Shown: piece by piece, positions 57,960 through 64,000 of the stretch
How positions within the stretch are numbered: the stretch's first letter is position 1
Layout: every line of letters begins with the position of its first letter
Source of the DNA: a bacterium
GTDB taxonomy: Bacteria > Electryoneota > Electryoneia > Electryoneales > Electryoneaceae
Assembly: GCA_963675295.2 (NCBI GenBank)
Contig: CAXXKJ010000002.1
Location: 1,664,001 to 1,728,000 of the forward strand
Length of the DNA: 64,000 nucleotides
Direction: 5' to 3'
Made by a program: the position numbers and the translations under genes
The notes under the pieces: model-generated
Database searches by the model: none
Told to the model about the DNA's origin: nothing
What the model saw: the letters and a program-made list of their open reading frames with translations, nothing else

Positions 57960-58640
57960 ATGGACGAACACGGACATCCGCAGCCCCTCAGCGACGACCT
58001 TGCGTTTTTCGGCCGCATCTCCGCCGGGGTCACGCACGAACTGAACAACGTTGTTTCGATCATCGAACAGGTGACCGGCCTGCTCGAGGATCAGCTTTAC
58101 AGCGCCAATTCCGGCGGCACGCTCGACGTGGACAAGCTCCAGTCGGTGCATGACCGGATCATGGCGCAAATTGACCGTGGCGTGGAGCTGATTCACAATC
58201 TGAACCGTTTCTCGCACACCGTTGACGAAGCCGAACGCGACACCGACCTCGCTGAGCTGATGGCGATCCACAGTGTGCTCGGACGGCGGTTCGCGGCGCT
58301 GAAGAACGTCTCGTTCGAGGTATCGTTGAGCGCGGCGTCAATCATCGTTCGCTGCAGCCCGTTCCGGTTGTTGGAAGCGGTGTTCGCGGTTGAGCTGGCG
58401 GCGTTGGCGACAATGAACCCGGACGATCAGTTGACGCTCGCGATGATTCATGAACCCGGCCGGGCGGGGATCCGGGTGACTGGGGGAGCGTTCGAGAACC
58501 TCGGTGACAATGATGAATTGACCCGGGCGAAAGCGTTGCTGGCGGAGATGAACGGCGAGCTGCAGCTCCTCGACGATGACAACGGCGGCCAGAAAATCGA
58601 GATCTGGCTTCCGGCAACGGTCATCAGTGATGTATTTTGA
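57960..58640 (+). CDS. Histidine-kinase-like protein with H-box and degenerate ATPase domain
   Basis: 'GVTHELNNV' H-box; no recognisable N/G1/F/G2 boxes. Confidence 0.75.
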   Translation: MDEHGHPQPLSDDLAFFGRISAGVTHELNNVVSIIEQVTGLLEDQLYSANSGGTLDVDKLQSVHDRIMAQIDRGVELIHNLNRFSHTVDEAERDTDLAELMAIHSVLGRRFAALKNVSFEVSLSAASIIVRCSPFRLLEAVFAVELAALATMNPDDQLTLAMIHEPGRAGIRVTGGAFENLGDNDELTRAKALLAEMNGELQLLDDDNGGQKIEIWLPATVISDVF

Positions 58641-58649
58641 CCGGTAGAC

Positions 58650-59138
58650 ATGGATGTGCCGCCTCAACCGGGCGACCTTGATTCGGGGGAACCGATGGAA
58701 AACGAAGCTCTGGGAATCCGGGTACTGCTGGTGGATGACGAAGTCGAGTTCACCAGTGCGCTGGCGGAACGGATGCGCACTCGCGGGCTCGATGTTGATG
58801 TGTCATCCAACGGCGCGGAAGCGTTGCGGATGGCGGAGTCGGAGGTTTACAACGCGGTCGTGCTCGATCTCGCCATGCCCGGCATGGATGGCATCGAAAC
58901 CCTGAAGCGCATGCTCGGCAACAATCCCGACCTGCAGGTGATCCTGCTGACCGGTCACGCGACGCTGGAGAAAAGTGTCGAGGCGATGAAGTCCGGCGCG
59001 ATGGAATTCATGACCAAGCCGGCGAAGATCGACGTGCTGGTGGAGAAGATACGGGAAGCCCATCAGCACCACGAACAATTGACCATCGCCCGCATCGAGG
59101 ATACAATGAACGAGATCCAGAAACGGATGGGGTGGTAA
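58650..59138 (+). CDS. Single-domain response regulator (alternative start 58695)
   Basis: 'LLVDDE', 'VLDLAMPG', 'LTGH', 'KP'. Confidence 0.92.
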   Translation: MDVPPQPGDLDSGEPMENEALGIRVLLVDDEVEFTSALAERMRTRGLDVDVSSNGAEALRMAESEVYNAVVLDLAMPGMDGIETLKRMLGNNPDLQVILLTGHATLEKSVEAMKSGAMEFMTKPAKIDVLVEKIREAHQHHEQLTIARIEDTMNEIQKRMGW

Positions 59139-59260
59139 ACTGACGTAAGCCGCCGAATACTGCAGTCCTGTTCAACGTCAACTTGATACTTCTAGCCCGT
59201 GCTTGCTTGCAAGCGCGGGTTTTCTCACGGCTGGGTTTCTATCGTTGAGTGCGCAGGTTT

Positions 59261-60142
59261 TCAGTCTTGATTATCGGTGCGTGGTTTTTTCCGCACCCGT
59301 AGCACCACCGTTTCCGAAATACGATCGTGGACAGCTTGCCGGTTCGGGTGCCACAGCGCCTCGAGGAAGCCGAGGCCGAGTGTCGCGACGCTCGCGCTGT
59401 AGCCGCCGGCCCGGCCGAACGCATCCCACAGGTTCAACCGTTTGTTGTCGATGCGGATCACCCGGATGCGGAAGATCCATTTCCCCGGCGTGAATCCGTG
59501 CAGCAGCCAGATACAGAACGTGAAGTACACGATCAGCACCGCGCCGAAGTTCGCAATGATCGAGATGTGGCCCATGTAGATGTACATCCCGGCGTGGACG
59601 GTCCGTGTGCGTTCGTCGAAACGTGTGATTGGTTTGTCGGAAAAGGCGACCTGGAAGTTCCATTCCCACGTTGCCGCCAGCGAATCAACCGTTGCCGAGT
59701 CGATGTAGGTGGCATAGGTGAAGGTCGTATCGCCGCTGACGGTATCGATTTCCGTCGCAATGACCGTGGTCGAATCCACCGTTTCAAACGCCTCGATGAA
59801 TTCCCCTGGCAATCGTTCCGGCATCCGTTTGTAGATCAGGTACATCGTTTCGTTAATGAACTCACGCCACAACGGTTCACGTGCTTCCTCGTCCTCGGTG
59901 GTTCGGATTTCGTGCAGCAGTTCAATCGCACGCGGTGCGGCGAGTTTGGTCGAGAAATAGGCGACACCAAACAGGGTGGGGATGCTGAACAGGACGATCA
60001 GCAGCAGGTCAAAGGCAAAGGCAACGAGTCGGCGGCGGAAAGAGGCCAGTTCCGCGCCGGCCACATCTGGAGCGACACGCATCGCCTCCTCGGTGACAGT
60101 GCGGAATCGTGTGCTGCGCCTGAACTTGTGTTGACTGCTCAT
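59261..60142 (-). CDS. RDD family membrane protein
   Basis: 'LASFRRRLVAFAFD', 'TPGKWIFRIRV', 'RQAVHDRISETVV'. Confidence 0.9.
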   Translation of the reverse strand: MSSQHKFRRSTRFRTVTEEAMRVAPDVAGAELASFRRRLVAFAFDLLLIVLFSIPTLFGVAYFSTKLAAPRAIELLHEIRTTEDEEAREPLWREFINETMYLIYKRMPERLPGEFIEAFETVDSTTVIATEIDTVSGDTTFTYATYIDSATVDSLAATWEWNFQVAFSDKPITRFDERTRTVHAGMYIYMGHISIIANFGAVLIVYFTFCIWLLHGFTPGKWIFRIRVIRIDNKRLNLWDAFGRAGGYSASVATLGLGFLEALWHPNRQAVHDRISETVVLRVRKKPRTDNQD

Positions 60143-60188
60143 GGTACGCCGGGAATTGTCTTGCTGTTTGCACTGAGCCGGATCTGTT

Positions 60189-60980
60189 TCATGTGGATTT
60201 CTTTACTCGCATGACGACGGTTTCCGAGATGCGGTCGTGCACCGCCTGCCGGTTCGGGTGCCACAGCGCTTCGAGGAAGCCAATGCCCAGCGTCGCGATG
60301 CTCGCGCTGTACCCCCCGGCTCGGCCAAACGTATCCCACAAGTTCAGTCGCTTGTTGTCGAGCCGGATCACCCGGATGCGGAAGATCCACTTGCCCGGAG
60401 TATACCCACGCATCAGCCACGTCGCCAGGGTGAAGTAGACGATGAACATGAAGCCAATATTGGCGAGGTAGGATACCTTACCCAGGTAAACGTAAAGCCC
60501 GACATCCACCGACTTTCGTTCAACGTCGAACAGAACCTTTTCTTCGGTGCCGAAGGACAGGTCGAACGCCCACTCGTACTCACGCACAAGCGAGTCCAGT
60601 GCAAGTGAGTCGTTCCTGACGATCGCGCGCTGAAATTCTTCGGGCATCTGGTCCGGCATGCGTTGGTAGATCAGGTGGGCGGTGGCGACGTTCAGCTGAT
60701 GCCAGAGCAGTTCCTTTTCATCGGGATCGTCGCAGCGACGGAGTTCGCCGATCAGCTCGAGCGCGTGCGGTGAGTTGTATTTCATCGCGAGCCAGGACAG
60801 CAGGAACAGGGAGGGCATGCTGAGCAGGCCGACGAGCAGCAGGTCAACGAGAAAGGCGGCTAGTCGCCGCCGGAAGGTAGCCAGCTCCGCACCGAACACC
60901 GAGGGATCGACTCGCATCGACTCCTCGGTGATCGTGCGGTAGCGGGCGTCGTGTTTCTTATCGCTGTGTTTGCCGGACAG
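60189..60980 (-). CDS. RDD family membrane protein (paralog; probable CTG start)
   Basis: Same RDD motifs; homology to the paralog N-terminus extends upstream of ATG 60917 to CTG 60980. Confidence 0.85.
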   Translation of the reverse strand: MSGKHSDKKHDARYRTITEESMRVDPSVFGAELATFRRRLAAFLVDLLLVGLLSMPSLFLLSWLAMKYNSPHALELIGELRRCDDPDEKELLWHQLNVATAHLIYQRMPDQMPEEFQRAIVRNDSLALDSLVREYEWAFDLSFGTEEKVLFDVERKSVDVGLYVYLGKVSYLANIGFMFIVYFTLATWLMRGYTPGKWIFRIRVIRLDNKRLNLWDTFGRAGGYSASIATLGIGFLEALWHPNRQAVHDRISETVVMRVKKST

Positions 60981-60982
60981 GA

Positions 60983-62728
60983 TTACCTCACCAGCACCAC
61001 TTTCTGCACCTGATCAAGCTGACCGGGCACGGTCGCGTGGACAAAGTACAACCCGGACGCGACGTTTGCCGCGTTAAACGTGAACGGGTGCAGCCCGACG
61101 GGGTACAAACCGTTCGCCAGTTCTGCAACCTGCTGGCCGGCCACGTTGTACACCTTCACCGTCAGCGGCGACGCTTCCGGCAGCTGCACCGAGAAGGTCG
61201 TCGTCGGGTTGAACGGGTTCGGGTAGGCGGCGTTCAGCGCATAGCCGTTCAATTGACCGGCGGCTGCTTCGTTGCCGGCGAGTTGCGCTTCGGCTGCGAA
61301 GGCGTCCATGCCGCTCACGGTCCATTCGTCCGCAGCCTCCGCGACAAACATCGAATCGGTAACGGTGAACGGGAAGGAATCGCTGGTGAATGTGTTCCCC
61401 GGTGTCGCTCCAACGGCGACCACCCATTCGTAGTTACCCGCCGGGGCGTTGTAGGGAACGGTGACGCCGATGTTGGTCACGCTGATGTGCATGAACGGCC
61501 AGAACTGCACGTAGGTCTGGTAGACCGGCCCGTAGGTGGACCCGTTCGGCAGGATTGCTTCGGTCCAGATCCAGCCTGGAACCATGCCCGCCATGCCACC
61601 AACCATCAGCTCGGCGTTGTAGAAGAATGTCTCACCACGGTGGACGAAGATGTTCGGATTGTGCGGCATCAGCTGCACGTTCACGATCGGTACAACGTTG
61701 ATCGTATCCATCATGGCGTTGTTCAGCTCGTCCGGTTCATCCACTTCGAGTAAGGCGTCCAGAAATGCAGTGAAGATCAGCTGCTGCGGCTGCGCCGGCG
61801 CAGTGAATTCCTGGTCAAACAGCACGTCGTAAATGATCCCGACCTGGCTCGCCGGGTACGGGTTTCGCACCGCCGCGATCACCTGGTTGTTGCCATCGTA
61901 CAAGGCGTGTGTCACCGGCGGGGTGATATCAGAGCCGTACACCTTGAACCGCAGCATCACCTGGTAGTCCTGGCCGGCAAAGAGCGAACCGAGTTCGATG
62001 TCCGGATTGTTCGGATCGACGAAGGACATATCGAGCATCCGGAAATCGTAGTCGCCGAGGTACTTCATCATCGCGATGTCATCGACGAACACACCATAGT
62101 GATCGTTGTTGTCGCCATCAGACTGGAAGATGAAGTCGATGTAGAGGTTGTCCATGTCGAGGTAGCTGACCAGTGAGTCGCCCGACATCGCCTGCGACAG
62201 GTCGAAGTCAACCTGATGCCATGTCTGGTCGCCACCGCCATCCAGTTCGTAGAGGACGTCCCAGTCGCCGACAACCGGCGAGAACGGTCCCTGCTTGATG
62301 CCGAGCATGAACAGGTCGCCGTCCCCGTTGCTGTTGTCCTCGACGTCGGCCCAGTACCAGAAATTGCCGACGGCCTCGACAGCCTCTTCCGTGCTGAAGG
62401 GGCCCCAGTACATGTGGGACATCGTGTTGTCCGGATAATAATCGACACCGGGCAGCAGCGAGGCGTCCGAACCGACGCACCACGCCGCAGTGGTTTGTCC
62501 GGGTACTCCCTGGTGATAGATGGCGTCGCGTTCGATGTCCCAACGGGCCGGCATCGGCGTTGGCGGATCGACCTGCCAGAAGTGTCCGTAAGATTCCCAC
62601 GGGAACGGTGTTCCGATCGGGCGTTCGAAATTCTCTTGCAGGATGGCGACTTGCGCGTAAGAAAGGAGTGGTGTGATCAACATCGCCAGAATGATCAGTG
62701 CGAAAACCGTACGACGTGTGCGAATCAT
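60983..62728 (-). CDS. Secreted protein (jelly-roll/MAM-like and CARDB-like domains) with Ig-like domain and T9SS-type sorting domain
   Basis: Signal peptide, 'ENFE...GVFVDDI', 'VDEPDELNN', 'YPNPFNPTT...QKVVLVR'. Confidence 0.85.
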   Translation of the reverse strand: MIRTRRTVFALIILAMLITPLLSYAQVAILQENFERPIGTPFPWESYGHFWQVDPPTPMPARWDIERDAIYHQGVPGQTTAAWCVGSDASLLPGVDYYPDNTMSHMYWGPFSTEEAVEAVGNFWYWADVEDNSNGDGDLFMLGIKQGPFSPVVGDWDVLYELDGGGDQTWHQVDFDLSQAMSGDSLVSYLDMDNLYIDFIFQSDGDNNDHYGVFVDDIAMMKYLGDYDFRMLDMSFVDPNNPDIELGSLFAGQDYQVMLRFKVYGSDITPPVTHALYDGNNQVIAAVRNPYPASQVGIIYDVLFDQEFTAPAQPQQLIFTAFLDALLEVDEPDELNNAMMDTINVVPIVNVQLMPHNPNIFVHRGETFFYNAELMVGGMAGMVPGWIWTEAILPNGSTYGPVYQTYVQFWPFMHISVTNIGVTVPYNAPAGNYEWVVAVGATPGNTFTSDSFPFTVTDSMFVAEAADEWTVSGMDAFAAEAQLAGNEAAAGQLNGYALNAAYPNPFNPTTTFSVQLPEASPLTVKVYNVAGQQVAELANGLYPVGLHPFTFNAANVASGLYFVHATVPGQLDQVQKVVLVR

Positions 62729-62974
62729 GATGCAGTCCCCCTGATGGCTGGATTTGCCGGCGGCAAATCTTTGGAATCATTGTCAGGTTCAATCCTCCAA
62801 TCACTATCTTTGCAATTAGGCCAAACTTAATACATCGTTGCGGTAGACAAAATGCAGTTGCCCAATTTGCCAAACAAAATCATGGATTTCGAGAGTCAGA
62901 TGGCGGGACAGCCGACGCCAGCGCCCGCTATCTTGTCTACCCATAGCCCATAGCCCACAGCCCAGAGCAAGCTT

Positions 62975-63718
62975 ATGACGTTCAACGACCATTTTTCCCA
63001 CGGATCGGACGAGTACAACCGCTACCGTCCGGCGTATCCAGCCGAACTGTTTGCGTGGCTGCGTGAACGACTGCCGGACGTATCGACGGTCTGGGACTGC
63101 GGTTGCGGCACCGGGCAGGCGTCCCTGTTGCTCGGCGAACACTTCCCCCATGTCATCGCCACCGACCCCAGCGAGCAGCAGATCGCGCACGCACGTCCGC
63201 ACCCGAACATCGAGTACCGTATCGCCCGGGCGGAAGAATCGGGGCTGGGGGACGGGGTTGTCGGACTGGTCGTTGTCGCGCAGGCGTTGCACTGGTTCGA
63301 CCTGGGCAGGTTCTATGCCGAGGTGCGGCGGGTGCTTCAACCGGGCGGGTGGCTGGTGGCGTTAACGTACAATTTGCCTGTGATCGCGGGGATTGATAAC
63401 GGGCCGTTCGAACGGTTTCACTGGGATACGTTGATCGACGACTGGGCGCCGGAACGGGTGCATGTGGACTGCGGATACGCCGATCTGCCGTTCCCGTTCG
63501 AACGTGTCGACACACCGGCGTTCCCGATGCTCTCCCACTGGGGCCTCGACCGGTTCCTCGGCTATGTCAACACGTGGTCCGGGTTGAACCGCTACCGTAA
63601 ACGCACTGGCGACGATCCGTTGCCACAGTTCCGCGCGGAAATGGAGGCAGTATGGGGCGATCCGGCGACCGAACGTGAACTGAATTGGAGGTTAACCATA
63701 CACATTGGCGCGGTATAG
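62975..63718 (+). CDS. Class I SAM-dependent methyltransferase
   Basis: 'YRPAYP', 'WDCGCGTGQA', 'VAQALHWFD', 'RVLQPGG'. Confidence 0.93.
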   Translation: MTFNDHFSHGSDEYNRYRPAYPAELFAWLRERLPDVSTVWDCGCGTGQASLLLGEHFPHVIATDPSEQQIAHARPHPNIEYRIARAEESGLGDGVVGLVVVAQALHWFDLGRFYAEVRRVLQPGGWLVALTYNLPVIAGIDNGPFERFHWDTLIDDWAPERVHVDCGYADLPFPFERVDTPAFPMLSHWGLDRFLGYVNTWSGLNRYRKRTGDDPLPQFRAEMEAVWGDPATERELNWRLTIHIGAV

Positions 63719-63763
63719 CTTTATCTTTTCTTTGTACTGTATTTGGCCACAAAGGGGGGAAGT

Positions 63764-64000
63764 ATGAACCTAAGACGTTTGGCCAGCCTACTGTCGATCC
63801 TATCGATGGCTTTCATTTGGTGCGGTTGCGAGCGCGATACTGTCAGCTCACCCGTATCATCCGTCTCCACCTGTAACTATTTCCCGATGGATTTGCAACG
63901 GACTTGGACCTACGATGGCTTTGTCGAGGTGCGTGACGGCGATATTGTGGTTTCGCAAGATTTCACAGAAACATATGCGGTACTCGGTGCAAGCGAAATG
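63764..64000 (+). CDS. Partial putative lipoprotein (runs off window)
   Basis: G-rich RBS, MNLRRLASLLSILSMAFIWCGC lipobox-like leader, 'NYFPM...WTY'. Confidence 0.6.
   Translation, partial: MNLRRLASLLSILSMAFIWCGCERDTVSSPVSSVSTCNYFPMDLQRTWTYDGFVEVRDGDIVVSQDFTETYAVLGASEM

Noticed and set aside
390-60608. Numerous long antisense/overlapping ORFs (e.g. 390-1193, 3145-4173, 15998-17062, 50003-51007, 54554-55870)
   Set aside because: Shadows of real genes in GC-rich DNA with no recognisable motifs.
1-64000. CRISPR array or cas operon
   Set aside because: No regularly spaced repeat-spacer array seen; the Cas4-like nuclease is solitary and in a mobile-element context.

Overview
GC-rich bacterial chromosome segment, probably from a non-Bacteroidota FCB-group lineage (inferred from the tmRNA tag ADDYGYAMAA, many proteins with PNPFN...K(V/M/I)xL(V/M/I)(K/R) C-terminal sorting domains, and Shine-Dalgarno/sigma70-type signals). 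Core genes: TonB-dependent receptor, selenocysteine peroxiredoxin (UGA plus SECIS-like hairpin), mreBCD-mrdA-rodA, PiT transporter, hslVU, M23 peptidase, Phd/RelE toxin-antitoxin pair, tmRNA, S9 peptidase, a SulP plus two-component cluster, tandem RDD genes and a methyltransferase. Accessory DNA: (1) an ~11.3 kb integrative element in the tmRNA 3' end (tyrosine integrase, primase/D5 helicase, DUF932 + Cas4/AddB-like nuclease + putative ssDNA-binding protein, excisionase-like HTH, secreted cargo); (2) a second copy of its ~175 bp right-end att block that brackets one secreted-protein gene like a cassette; (3) a run of modular secreted proteins sharing an Ig-like penultimate domain; (4) the best novelty candidate, a 3.2 kb element (46711-49915) bounded by perfect 18 bp inverted repeats, with no recombinase, encoding a Zn-finger/TOPRIM/RepA-type primase-helicase, three stand-alone diverged copies of its zinc-binding domain, and five (CAA)4 motifs. 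All calls are by eye; no searches were run.
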